From: a virus
Lineage: Duplodnaviria; Caudoviricetes
Length of the DNA stretch: 64,000 bases
Strand: one strand, 5' to 3'
Virus record (IMG/VR): IMGVR_UViG_3300031993_000004
Span: 64,001 to 128,000 of that record
Both the position numbers and the translations under genes were made by a program. The notes under the pieces were generated by a model. That model made no database searches and was not told the origin of the DNA. It saw nothing but the letters and a program-made list of their open reading frames with translations. Within the stretch, counting starts at the first letter, position 1; every line of letters starts with the position of its first letter. Shown one piece after another: positions 29,098-39,542 of this stretch.

Positions 29098-29425
29098 GCT
29101 TAACAGTAACGGCACAGTTTCGCGGGGTCAAGTGCAGTCCAGTCGTGGTATGGCATTGTTTACTAATGTCTCGTGGAGTTTTGGCATGGTGTGGTTTCGC
29201 TGTGTGGCGTGCTGTCAAGGCAGGGTATTGTACTATGACGCATTGTCGCGTATTGGTTACGTAATGTGAGACATGGTTATGTGTCGTAAAGGCATTGTGG
29301 AGTACGGTAATGTTGTGCTTAGTCATGTTATGGTATAGCAGCGGTTGGTGAGGTGTTGCTGTGTGGCGTTTCGGTATTGTGATGTTCCGTGTCGTGGAGC
29401 AGAGTAATTGTGACATCACTGTATA
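29098..29425 (+). repeat. degenerate pentamer (GY-NNN) array 3
   Basis: GTAACG GCACA GTTTC GCGGG GTCAA GTGCA GTCCA GTCGTG GTATG GCATT...; directly downstream of the RAMP gene. Confidence 0.88.
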
Positions 29426-29436
29426 CCATATAATAT

Positions 29437-29556
29437 TCCGGGATGGTGGAACTGGCAGACACAGCGCCTGGCTAATAGTGGTTATTCACTGGCGAAAACG
29501 CGAGGTTTGGCGAATAACCGAACCAAATCATCTGGGTTCAAATCCCAGTCTCGGAT
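29437..29556 (+). ncRNA. Leu-type tRNA-like RNA with expanded anticodon region and internal 8-bp complementarity
   Basis: TCCGGGA/TCTCGGA; D arm GGTGGAACTGGCAGACAC; CTGGG-TTCAAAT-CCCAG; GGTTATTC (29480) complements GAATAACC (29512). Confidence 0.6.
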
Positions 29557-29677
29557 TCAGGCTGAACTGCGCATTGGTTTCACAATCGTGTCACCATATT
29601 AGTCGTGTATGTTTTGCCGGTTTGGTTTGCAGTGGTGGTGCTAAGGCATTCACACCACCACTGCTTTCCAGACGAAC

Positions 29678-29751
29678 GGGCCTCTAGCTCAGACGGTTAG
29701 AGCAGTGGACTCATAATCCATTGGTCCAGGGTTCGAGTCCCTGGGGGCCCA
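29678..29751 (+). tRNA. tRNA-Ile2/Met(CAT)
   Basis: GGGCCTC/GGGGCCC; GTGGA-CTCATAA-TCCAT; body resembles lysidine tRNA-Ile2. Confidence 0.85.
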
Positions 29752-29794
29752 TCATCTATATAATTAGCGAAGGGGAGTACAACATAATATTTGA

Positions 29795-29880
29795 GGAGAG
29801 GTGTCCGAGTGGCTTAAGGAGCCAGTCTTGAAAACTGGTGATACGGAAACGTACCGTGGGTTCAAATCCCACTCTCTCCG
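29795..29880 (+). tRNA. tRNA-Ser(TGA)
   Basis: GGAGAGG/TCTCTCC; CCAGT-CTTGAAA-ACTGG; long variable arm. Confidence 0.95.
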
Positions 29881-30376
29881 TCAAACTCTAAGACGTCTGA
29901 TTTCGCAGACGCGTGCTTCCTTTTCGGCTTTAAACCGCCTGGCATGCCGATTCATGACCAGGTATAAAAAACAGTCCGTGTGTATCGAAACCGGCCAATG
30001 ATCTTAGGCCGGATCGCGCCCGCCGCCTGCAGATCGCGGCATTGAGCTCTTATCTCCGTGAGAGTTGGCGCTACTATGTGAGAGACACGGACTACCGCTG
30101 GGGTTTACATAAATGCGGTTTACCCAGCACCAGCTTATTGCCAGAGGCAACAGCTGCCGGCTTTGCTGTTGTCTTTGCTCAGATAAGGGCCTAGTATTCA
30201 GGAATTTACAAAGCGGGTTATGCTTATTGAGGTTTCAGAGAGCGCCGCAATGGATGCGCTTGAAGATGTCGTTCATCTCTAAATCCAATGTGTTCATGTT
30301 GCGGAAGCACAACAACAACCACAACGACCACAGATGCTCGGCTTCCCCGCTAAAGAATATGAAAAACGCTCAATTT

Positions 30377-30448
30377 GCACGTGTCGTACAGTGGGCAGTA
30401 TACCAGCCTTCCAAGCTGGGGATGAGGGTTCAATTCCCTTCACGTGCT
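30377..30448 (+). tRNA. tRNA-Gly(TCC)
   Basis: GCACGTG/CACGTGC; CCAGC-CTTCCAA-GCTGG. Confidence 0.92.
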
Positions 30449-30722
30449 TCGACGATGATGGTTTGATTTCTGACATTTACGGGTTATGTATTAACCGGTC
30501 GATGTATTGACAGATACATATGGCAGAATGATACTATCACCGTCGCACTCCGTATAAACCGTAGGGGTAGAGGCACCCACCCCTGCGGTTTTGCTCTTTA
30601 CTGTAAATTCTTGCAGTTTGTCCATTCTGCAAGGATCTGCATGAAGATACCTCCAGACGCGCAGGAGTTCTCACGCTAGCTAAGAGGACTCCTGCACTGC
30701 GTCGCCTGAGAAAGGAGAAACT

Positions 30723-30989
30723 ATGAATGATGATCTCAAAAAATGCTTGACAAGCGTTGCAGCATTGATCGCAATATTCATTCTCTGCTCTGCGCTCGGA
30801 TCATGTTGCACAGAGCAGGATATACGTGATTACACGTATATCTATGTCGATGGACAACAATACATGACATCAGATATTGTTGACATAAGTTATATCCCTC
30901 TCCGCTACGGCAATGACGCCGTGACATTCAAGCTCAAAGACGGAACTGTTATACGCACACAATCTAATGATTATACTCTCAGCAATTAA
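30723..30989 (+). CDS. small membrane/lipoprotein-like protein
   Basis: 88 aa, AAAGGAG RBS, N-terminal hydrophobic helix ending LGSCC. Confidence 0.65.
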   Translation: MNDDLKKCLTSVAALIAIFILCSALGSCCTEQDIRDYTYIYVDGQQYMTSDIVDISYIPLRYGNDAVTFKLKDGTVIRTQSNDYTLSN

Positions 30990-31001
30990 GCGTTTCCATA
31001 T

Positions 31002-31073
31002 TGGAGTATGGCCAAGCGGCAAGGCATCAGACTTTGACTCTGACACGCGCTGGTTCGAATCCAGCTACTCCAA
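31002..31073 (+). tRNA. tRNA-Gln(TTG)
   Basis: TGGAGTA/TACTCCA; TCAGA-CTTTGAC-TCTGA. Confidence 0.93.
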
Positions 31074-31214
31074 CTCAATATCTTTTATCTCGGCACCAAA
31101 TGATTTTTCAACACTCGTTTTGGTGCGCAGTCTTCACTTTCTATACTGATTTCATTTGATTTCAGTTGTCCACGGTTTCGACATCTTCCGTGGACATTCT
31201 TTTTTAAGAAATAT

Positions 31215-31250
31215 GGAGCGGGGCAATGCCCCGCTCCTTCTTATTTTTTT
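31215..31250. terminator. terminator between convergent units
   Basis: GGAGCGGGGC-AAT-GCCCCGCTCC plus T-run. Confidence 0.75.
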
Positions 31251-34200
31251 TTATATCTGAGACCATTCATGAGATTCCTGATCGTATACTTTCAGATCAA
31301 CACGACCAGTTGTTGTGTTCTCATCCATGAGCAACATCTTGTAATTTACTGGGTCGCCATCTTCATTCAACACATCTGTTGTGTTTCCGACGTTTGCACC
31401 GCGGAGTATTGACATTCTGACAGGCGTGAATTCACGTCCGTCATCAGGAGCACTACTCTTCAGCTTGTATGTTCCTGTCGCAGGAATGCTTGGGAATACA
31501 AGTCTCCAAGAACCTCTTGGTGCTTTGGATGTAAGTACGGATCCACCGGCATTGTCAGAAAAGAGCTTCACGAATTCCGGTTGCTGATAGATCTCTGATG
31601 TAGTATCCGCAGTAGAATATGCCGGAGAATTCGAATACACATTGTATATTGAATGTGCTGATACAGAACCAGCATTTTCAATAATTGATGCATGTGTGGT
31701 TCCAGCCGCGTCGCAAACCTCAACGGATTCCCAACTCAGCTTTTCACGTACAACATACAGATCACGTGTATGTGCATTCACATAATACTTTTCATGCACA
31801 TCAGACATTGGATCGAACATCCATACCATCGGACCAACATGTGGAACATTCCACATGATCGTTGTTTGTGTATTGGTATGAACATATTCCGGAGATACCA
31901 GATCATTGCCAGGAAGCATGGACGTTTTGTCTGTTGACTGGAGATTGTTCAATGAACGATGGACGACGCCATATTCAAATTCAAAATTCAATGAATCTGA
32001 TGGATCAATCCATCTCCAGAAAATATATGAATCGAATTGGTTTCCACCATTTTCTCTTATTTTTTCCAGAACGGCGCCTTCGCTCTTACCGTATGCACTC
32101 AATCTCCGAAGACCGCGACAATACATCTTGTTGATGTCGATGACAGTGAGATCATCATACGTGTCACTTCCAGACGATGCAGCTGTCGATGGAACATGCA
32201 CTGGTGTACAATTTGTATCGACAACATTAATCGATGATGCGGTTGTGAACGCTTGCATCATGATATCCGCGGCATATGGTGCCATTGGGTTAACAGGAAG
32301 ATTACGCGCCGATGGAAGAATGGAATTCATATATGAATCACGGAGTGATACTTCACCAGTGACCGACGATGTATCGGACGCATATGATTGCGCAACCAAC
32401 CGTTCCTTGACCCACTGATTGTTTCGTCTGAGGACAAACCAGACACCTTCAAAGTCAGAAACGAACGCAAACAAATCGGAGAACACAGGACCTTTCTTAG
32501 GAAGCAGATCTGCACAATTCGCGATCCTCAGAATAACGCGAAGACCGCGTCCACTTACAACACCACCGGTATCAAGCGGAGATGTTCCATAAGCCTGTGT
32601 CAAACCAGAACCTGTGTCAATTGAAGCCAGATCAAAGTTTGCCAGATTGATCAGTGTGCTAGCATCATCATTCGACGCTAATTCTGCGCTGACAACAGAC
32701 CCACTTGCAGTAACAGCCGTGACTTGATATGTGAACGAGTAACCACCGACAACGATGATACCCATCGAACCGACACTGTATCCAGTACCACCTTCGAAGA
32801 TATGTGCAATGGATACATCAACCGGATGAACGCCGCGATTCAGATTCGTTGTTTCTCTGAAATCATTGTGGTTCATCAGATCCACCTGATTCAAAAGCTC
32901 CATGGAATCGAAGACGAATTCATTAGATTGTGTATCCGGCTCTCCCGTATAGATCGGTGTACCGGTTACGTCCAATGCAGTTGGGCGGACCCATCTATTC
33001 TTCGAACCATTGTACAGATAATTCTGGTCTTTCTCTGTAAAGGTTGCTTCTGACCGAATGTATTTTTTGTCAACAACAGATGTTGGTGCAACACCGTGAA
33101 TGCCGGAAAGTTGCATGATGGATGTTGGAATATCACAGATACGCGCAAGCGTACGTTCCGGTTTCGGATTCTTTGCAGTTGCATTGTTCTGATACGTCGC
33201 AGAGTCATTTGACAACACGTATACACGTCCGATCTCGCTTGTATCGACATCGTCTGATGTATACGGCGCGACTTTCTCTGTGATAGAATTTTCATCAATT
33301 GCAACAACCAATCCTGTACCGGTTGTGAATGTGTGATACCACCACGGAAGTCCGTCCGCCATAAGTCCGGTTCCAGTTCCGGCAAGCTGTGACGTTCTCG
33401 CTTCCATAAGTTCTTCTTGTGTAAAGTTTTCGTCATACACCCATTCTGTCGTGAGATGAGAACCTGTCAACAATGATTTGTCATACACGGCTTCGTATGC
33501 AGATCCTGCATAATACCCAGGAAGCAAGATGTATTTCTGTTCTTGTTGATCCCAGATATACACATTTGGCTCGTTTGTCGCTTTGTATATTTTTGATTCA
33601 TCGGGGATGATCAGTTCCAATTCTGATGAATCCGTAAAGAATTCTCCACGTTCACTATCATAGAAACCGTAAATCATTTCGTCAACATCATCTTCCGATG
33701 AATCAACATACAATGGGTTCAATTCTGTTGCTGCTCCTGTCACAGGATCAACTGCAGTAATCTCGACGAGTGTTCTGCTTCGAGATCCATTATTGAACTT
33801 CACCCAAACACGGTTTGGATTGGTGATATGTCTGTACATATCACCGCTCAGAAGTGTGTATGCCGTATTATATTGGTCATACCTGTATGATGCCGATGAC
33901 GGAATGTCAATATACAGTTTACCTGGATCAGCTGTGATCAACGTTGTATGTGCCGCCTCTTCGTAAAAGGCTCCATTGTAGAAGTATCCTCTGACAACAA
34001 CACGTTCATCGAGTTGCTGGTTATAACCGGCACCGCCAGACACGATTGAGATTGCATCCAACTCATATGAACCGGGATGGAAATTGTCATCGTACGAACG
34101 CTCAACACCAGGATCAAACAACAGACCTGCAATTTGCCGTGTTGATTGATCACTCGGTCTGTAGAATGGCGTGTCGTGTGCCGCATACACCGATAAGTGT

Positions 34201-35522
34201 TGCGGTGTCAGATTCTCATCATTATTGCGAATCCATTCTGGCAAACCGTCCAGATTTGTCAAATCATGGGGATACCGCGGTTGTTGATCCGGATAATTCT
34301 TTGAAGAACCCATTCTGATTCCAGCAAATCCTGTATCAGTTGTCGTATCTTCAAACAGGATCGTGTCATCCATCCGAACATCAAACGCTGCAATCAACGG
34401 ATCTTCATCTTCTGACGAATAAAGATTCGTTGCAAATGTAGACATTGGAATCGAATACGCATGATTCTCGTCATCGTATACCCATCCAGCGTCCGGATTC
34501 AGTGAGACAATGTTGGAACCTGTCTCATTGATAAATTTGATGTATTCCGGATCTGCCGAGGAACCTGGATCAAGGTGTCTCAACATCACAATTCTGACTT
34601 GACGTGTGAAGTCAGTAGCACTTCCATCGAATGCACCAACTGATGGGGAAGCACATACGAGTTCCCAATCATCAAGTGTATCGGATGGGACAGAATCTTC
34701 CTCAATACCAACCGCAGGATACAGTTTTTCGATATATGCTGATGCATTGCCAGGGTGTCCCATTGTCAAATACTTAGACCCGGATATAGAACCAGATCTT
34801 GTGTTGTTATCGACACGGATCTTCGGGCCGAGATTGGATTCATCACATGTGAACCACAACAACGGATATCCAATCAGATTTTGATCTGTGATTGGTACGG
34901 TGATAACATGTTGCAAAACATAAGTATCGACCGCGACAGGTTGAAGAACTTCGTCTGCAGGGAAATAGAACACTGGGTTTGTGACGCCTGATGAGAACTG
35001 AATAGGACGTTCCAGCAGCCATTGTCCGTTACCATCCATCATCTGCAGAATTGGACGCGCTGATGTTTTATACCATTTATAGACAAATACATCAGGATCA
35101 TTCTTATCGGGTGCCATTGGAATATAGCATTCTTCGACATCAGTCAACATCAATCTGAAATTATGGTATTCGTCATCCACCATCAAATTGATTGACTTTA
35201 ATCGGAGAAAATGCAATCCATTCATTTCCGGGATATAACTGAATACAGACGACGCCAAATCGAACACGTCGGACACATTCTCCGAAGAGAATGTGCCCTT
35301 ATGCACGACAACGTCCTGCGTATACAGCTTTTCAGTTTCAATAATGATGTCTGATCCGAGATTGTCGATACGGCCCTGGAAAGTATCACCAGTTACGGTG
35401 TCCTGGACCTGCTTCAACTTGTCTGTCTTCAGCAGCCAATGTCTGCGATCTTGCTCCATGATTGTTGCAAAACTATTGGAACCAAGATACCAGTATGTCT
35501 TATTCGGATTCATGACATTCAC
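31251..35522 (-). CDS. large tail/baseplate-associated structural protein
   Basis: 1423 aa, beta-rich, GGAGY/GGTGY motifs; paralog of the adjacent 1301-aa gene. Confidence 0.6.
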   Translation of the reverse strand: MNVMNPNKTYWYLGSNSFATIMEQDRRHWLLKTDKLKQVQDTVTGDTFQGRIDNLGSDIIIETEKLYTQDVVVHKGTFSSENVSDVFDLASSVFSYIPEMNGLHFLRLKSINLMVDDEYHNFRLMLTDVEECYIPMAPDKNDPDVFVYKWYKTSARPILQMMDGNGQWLLERPIQFSSGVTNPVFYFPADEVLQPVAVDTYVLQHVITVPITDQNLIGYPLLWFTCDESNLGPKIRVDNNTRSGSISGSKYLTMGHPGNASAYIEKLYPAVGIEEDSVPSDTLDDWELVCASPSVGAFDGSATDFTRQVRIVMLRHLDPGSSADPEYIKFINETGSNIVSLNPDAGWVYDDENHAYSIPMSTFATNLYSSEDEDPLIAAFDVRMDDTILFEDTTTDTGFAGIRMGSSKNYPDQQPRYPHDLTNLDGLPEWIRNNDENLTPQHLSVYAAHDTPFYRPSDQSTRQIAGLLFDPGVERSYDDNFHPGSYELDAISIVSGGAGYNQQLDERVVVRGYFYNGAFYEEAAHTTLITADPGKLYIDIPSSASYRYDQYNTAYTLLSGDMYRHITNPNRVWVKFNNGSRSRTLVEITAVDPVTGAATELNPLYVDSSEDDVDEMIYGFYDSERGEFFTDSSELELIIPDESKIYKATNEPNVYIWDQQEQKYILLPGYYAGSAYEAVYDKSLLTGSHLTTEWVYDENFTQEELMEARTSQLAGTGTGLMADGLPWWYHTFTTGTGLVVAIDENSITEKVAPYTSDDVDTSEIGRVYVLSNDSATYQNNATAKNPKPERTLARICDIPTSIMQLSGIHGVAPTSVVDKKYIRSEATFTEKDQNYLYNGSKNRWVRPTALDVTGTPIYTGEPDTQSNEFVFDSMELLNQVDLMNHNDFRETTNLNRGVHPVDVSIAHIFEGGTGYSVGSMGIIVVGGYSFTYQVTAVTASGSVVSAELASNDDASTLINLANFDLASIDTGSGLTQAYGTSPLDTGGVVSGRGLRVILRIANCADLLPKKGPVFSDLFAFVSDFEGVWFVLRRNNQWVKERLVAQSYASDTSSVTGEVSLRDSYMNSILPSARNLPVNPMAPYAADIMMQAFTTASSINVVDTNCTPVHVPSTAASSGSDTYDDLTVIDINKMYCRGLRRLSAYGKSEGAVLEKIRENGGNQFDSYIFWRWIDPSDSLNFEFEYGVVHRSLNNLQSTDKTSMLPGNDLVSPEYVHTNTQTTIMWNVPHVGPMVWMFDPMSDVHEKYYVNAHTRDLYVVREKLSWESVEVCDAAGTTHASIIENAGSVSAHSIYNVYSNSPAYSTADTTSEIYQQPEFVKLFSDNAGGSVLTSKAPRGSWRLVFPSIPATGTYKLKSSAPDDGREFTPVRMSILRGANVGNTTDVLNEDGDPVNYKMLLMDENTTTGRVDLKVYDQESHEWSQI

Positions 35523-35531
35523 TCCTTTCTA

Positions 35532-38500
35532 TCAGATATATGCGTATTCCCAACGTCCGTTGTGATACGTATACTTCTTATATCCATCAGGTTGTTTTAC
35601 GATCAGCAGTGTATACGCCGAGACATCTACATTGCCATCCATCATCTTCAGATTATTGAAATCCGAGATGGGTTCGTCAATGCGAAATACATATAACGGA
35701 TCAGCAGTCTTTTGCGTATTTCGAACTGTCACACATGAGTCTACGGTTTCCTTCAGCGGAATATATCCACCGATCGGATTATTTTTCGGAACACTCATGC
35801 TGCTTCCTTTATAAGCGTACACTTCGAGATCCGGATTATCATAAACCGTTGTCGGGAATGTTCTGGCCATCACGTAGTTGACCATCATTTGGAATTTTAC
35901 GCTTGGTCCGATGTATGTCATATTTCCGTTTGCCACATCATGTGACAAATCCGATGCAACAAACAACCGTGCAGCTGAGTACAACGACGTCTCGGTTGTT
36001 GTTTTATAAATGACAAATTCGCCACGAGTATATGTTTCACCGGGTACATACAACCGTTCTGGATATGAATAGTACCGTGAGATATCATTATCCTCACCAT
36101 ACTTTTCATTGATCAGGTTATATAATTCTTCTGAACTCATTGCTTCAAGTTCGGTACGAATTCTTTCATATTCCCTAAACGGTTTAAAGTGGTCAAACCG
36201 ATAAAGATTATAATTCAGATTCATACCGGAGTACAACCTCATTGCATCTGACGGATATACATCTTGAACAATTTTCAGAATTGATGTCAGAGATATCTCA
36301 GATCGACCGGTAAGGCACATATCACCTTTCTCAAGTGAATATGTATCATATGTACGATGCAATGGATCATACATGAATGGGCAAACATCCTTGTTCGATG
36401 CAACTGTGAATTTTACAGACGACCACGAGTTATCATACGACGAGAAATTCGTTCCAACAAAATGTGGGAACAACAAATTGCCATTCCCAAATCTTCCATT
36501 TTCGAAAGATGAATTCATGTCGTATGCCCATGAAACCGTGTAATATTTCTCATTGTCATTCGACTGAACAGCTGCAACAAAACAATTCCATTTGTTCAAT
36601 CCGTTATCTGATAATACTTCTGACAAATCTGCAGGATGACCGGTGCCAGGATCATTGTTCACAAGTTTGTCTGGAGTAATTGTAGGCGGATCATACGTGC
36701 AATGTGCATACTGGAAATCAATAATCTTACCACCGGATATTGATTGAAGGATATTGTCTTCTTCAATATTTCGATTGGTCAGCAAATTATATAGATAGGT
36801 AGAATTGAGTGTGCGTCGTTTCATTGTTGACCTGTCTTCATATACCGGATTTCCGACAGAGAGATCGCCGGTGAGTTGTGTCAATGCAGATTCTTCCCAC
36901 AACATTGTGTCATAGTTGTATTTTGTGACATAAAGTCCTCGGTCAAGTTCATCTGAAACGAATGCAACAAGATTTGGATTCCAAGTTGTTCGAATACCGG
37001 TTTCTTGGGCATCCCATGCCTCGGATGGTACTTCAACTGAGATAACCGCACCAGAACCTGGACCTTGCAACGTTTTCAATTCATATTCCGAAATCCTGCC
37101 GTTCAGGTTTGCTAATGGAATAAAAACGTTTTCATCAGCAGCTTGGTCCGGAATATCTCGATTCACGTAAATCAAGAACGCATCCGGGTTAAGTGAACCA
37201 GACATGAGCGGAACAATCTTGAAGAATACACCACCAATATTGAATCCAAGCATGGATGGATTTGGTGATGTATATGCATTATATCCAGAACCGCCGTTTG
37301 TGATTCTGAATGTGATATCGTTGAAGTGTACGGTTCTTAGTGGAGGAATTGCGCGACCGTATCTTTCAAGAATCATACTGAGATTATGGAATGGCTCAAT
37401 ATGATTCAATTCGTAAAACGTTGGGAAATACACTTTCACATGATTTCCAAATGGATATGTCGCCTGGAACCAATTCAACAGGAAATCATTCCACAACATT
37501 TGATATTCATCTTCGTTGAATGAAGCATACGCTCGAACATAATCAGGATCGATAATCAATGTTGGAGAAACATTGGTGATGTTCTGAAGTTGTTCAAACG
37601 ACGTTGGAATGTCACAGATACGAGCAGCTGTTCTTGGTGCTTTTGGCGTTTTTGATTCAGAATTGTTCTCGTATGTCGCGGGATCATTCGTGATCAGATA
37701 TCCACGTCCGTATTCTGTACTCGGATCAATATCGATAACACCTGTTGAGAAGTATCTGTTTCCGTGATAGACAAACCGATGTGAATATTTTGCACCAGGA
37801 ATTGTCACATCGCAGAAATGATATTTATCAATGAATCCGGTATCGGACAGGAAGTTTACATCAGAGATGATGTGTGCTGGATTCGTGATATACTTGAAAG
37901 TATGCGGTCCCTCATATACGATAACAGGTTTCATATCTGCAGTGATTGCAGCATAGTCCGTAATCGGAACAGCGGAATCCAGAATAACAGCAGATGTTTG
38001 TTTATCCATTGCATGTTGATTCTTAACATTTGCGTCATCTCTGATTGCATACAGCTCTGCATGAGCATGATGAATCGTCCGATCCATATAATATTTATAG
38101 TATGACGGCAATCCATCAAATTCACACAAATCGCGAATAACGCCGAAGCGTTTGTCAACGCAATTATCGGAATAATCGGTTGTCACATCCAAATGAACTC
38201 CGGCGTTCATTGCATTGATCTCAGATTCATATGGATGAAAGTAAATGTCCTTAAATGACACTTTGAACAACGGATAGAACACATGATGCTCGATAAGAGA
38301 CTCGATTGCATTGTTCTCTTCATATTCCGCTAAGAACATGCATGCATTGATTGGCTGATACGGTGTGGTATCATCGTAATCATAATCACCTTCTTCTGCA
38401 CGTCTGAATGTCCAATGCATGTCACGTGGAATACCGGATTCTGTCAATGAGACTTTCGCATACTTCTCATCATATGTGAAATAGTATTCGAAGTCAGGTT

Positions 38501-39437
38501 CATCTGTGAACGATTCTGTTTGACAGTGAATATAGCCGATTCGGTGAACAGTCGTATTCAGATTGAATTCGCTGTGTTCTGTATTGGAGAATTCACCATA
38601 TACCTTCACATACCAATATCCACCAGAAACCGATGTTGACGGAACATTGTCATGGCCGTACATATACGGATACAGAAAGATTGTGTCATCTCCGTTGACA
38701 CCATATTCGACCAACGGACGCCCTTCTGTGTCAATGTTTCCAGGATCCGTTCCATTCTTCCATTTAATATCCGGAAGCATTCTCATGCTAGAAACACACA
38801 ACCACAATGCAGGAAGATCGATGAATTTTGTCAAATCATCAATAACAACGGTGCCTTCAGCTATATCAGCTGTATACATTCCGTCGGTTGTTTGATTGAT
38901 GGCAAAATACCATGTGACATGTTCATCCGAGTTGTTTTCGTGATCAACATACAATGGATATTCATCTTCATCAATTACCAACACAGGATTTGCCGTTGTC
39001 GCATAGAATGCAGAGATTCGAGCTTTGCGGTCAGAATACGCTTCCGCACGAGCGAAGTATCTCAGCGTGACATCTGAAAAACGCAGTTGATATGTGTGAT
39101 TGGATAACAGAACATCTTTCTTCACACATCCCATCAGCATGTTCTGTTGTGGATACGCTTCAATGAAATCAGAATGTGAGATATTGAAATAGTATGACAA
39201 CAATGCCGATGGATTGATGACTTTTTCTGGTGGACGATTCATCCGAAGTTTGCGTGTTTCCAGCAAAATCTCAGAACCGAAGTTTGCAGTCGAGCCGACA
39301 TATTGCAAACCATCAATATCCGTATAGCCAAAGAATCTTGGCGTATGGAGGTCATAGAAACTTTTCGACAATCTAAGCAGTTGTCTCAACGCATCGGGTG
39401 ACGCTTTCGGTGATGTCATGCGAAGTATATCAGACAT
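35532..39437 (-). CDS. large tail/baseplate-associated structural protein
   Basis: 1301 aa; shares GR.Y...ND.ATY.NN...K.PK..RT.ARICDIPTS block and GGSGY motif with neighbour. Confidence 0.6.
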   Translation of the reverse strand: MSDILRMTSPKASPDALRQLLRLSKSFYDLHTPRFFGYTDIDGLQYVGSTANFGSEILLETRKLRMNRPPEKVINPSALLSYYFNISHSDFIEAYPQQNMLMGCVKKDVLLSNHTYQLRFSDVTLRYFARAEAYSDRKARISAFYATTANPVLVIDEDEYPLYVDHENNSDEHVTWYFAINQTTDGMYTADIAEGTVVIDDLTKFIDLPALWLCVSSMRMLPDIKWKNGTDPGNIDTEGRPLVEYGVNGDDTIFLYPYMYGHDNVPSTSVSGGYWYVKVYGEFSNTEHSEFNLNTTVHRIGYIHCQTESFTDEPDFEYYFTYDEKYAKVSLTESGIPRDMHWTFRRAEEGDYDYDDTTPYQPINACMFLAEYEENNAIESLIEHHVFYPLFKVSFKDIYFHPYESEINAMNAGVHLDVTTDYSDNCVDKRFGVIRDLCEFDGLPSYYKYYMDRTIHHAHAELYAIRDDANVKNQHAMDKQTSAVILDSAVPITDYAAITADMKPVIVYEGPHTFKYITNPAHIISDVNFLSDTGFIDKYHFCDVTIPGAKYSHRFVYHGNRYFSTGVIDIDPSTEYGRGYLITNDPATYENNSESKTPKAPRTAARICDIPTSFEQLQNITNVSPTLIIDPDYVRAYASFNEDEYQMLWNDFLLNWFQATYPFGNHVKVYFPTFYELNHIEPFHNLSMILERYGRAIPPLRTVHFNDITFRITNGGSGYNAYTSPNPSMLGFNIGGVFFKIVPLMSGSLNPDAFLIYVNRDIPDQAADENVFIPLANLNGRISEYELKTLQGPGSGAVISVEVPSEAWDAQETGIRTTWNPNLVAFVSDELDRGLYVTKYNYDTMLWEESALTQLTGDLSVGNPVYEDRSTMKRRTLNSTYLYNLLTNRNIEEDNILQSISGGKIIDFQYAHCTYDPPTITPDKLVNNDPGTGHPADLSEVLSDNGLNKWNCFVAAVQSNDNEKYYTVSWAYDMNSSFENGRFGNGNLLFPHFVGTNFSSYDNSWSSVKFTVASNKDVCPFMYDPLHRTYDTYSLEKGDMCLTGRSEISLTSILKIVQDVYPSDAMRLYSGMNLNYNLYRFDHFKPFREYERIRTELEAMSSEELYNLINEKYGEDNDISRYYSYPERLYVPGETYTRGEFVIYKTTTETSLYSAARLFVASDLSHDVANGNMTYIGPSVKFQMMVNYVMARTFPTTVYDNPDLEVYAYKGSSMSVPKNNPIGGYIPLKETVDSCVTVRNTQKTADPLYVFRIDEPISDFNNLKMMDGNVDVSAYTLLIVKQPDGYKKYTYHNGRWEYAYI

Positions 39438-39542
39438 TCGTTATTCCTCCTTTCGAAAAAAAAATAGTTTCCATGTATATGTATAATTTTTGTGCACGGG
39501 GGTTGAACACTCATTTACTACGCAATCCCCAAATTCAAGAAA

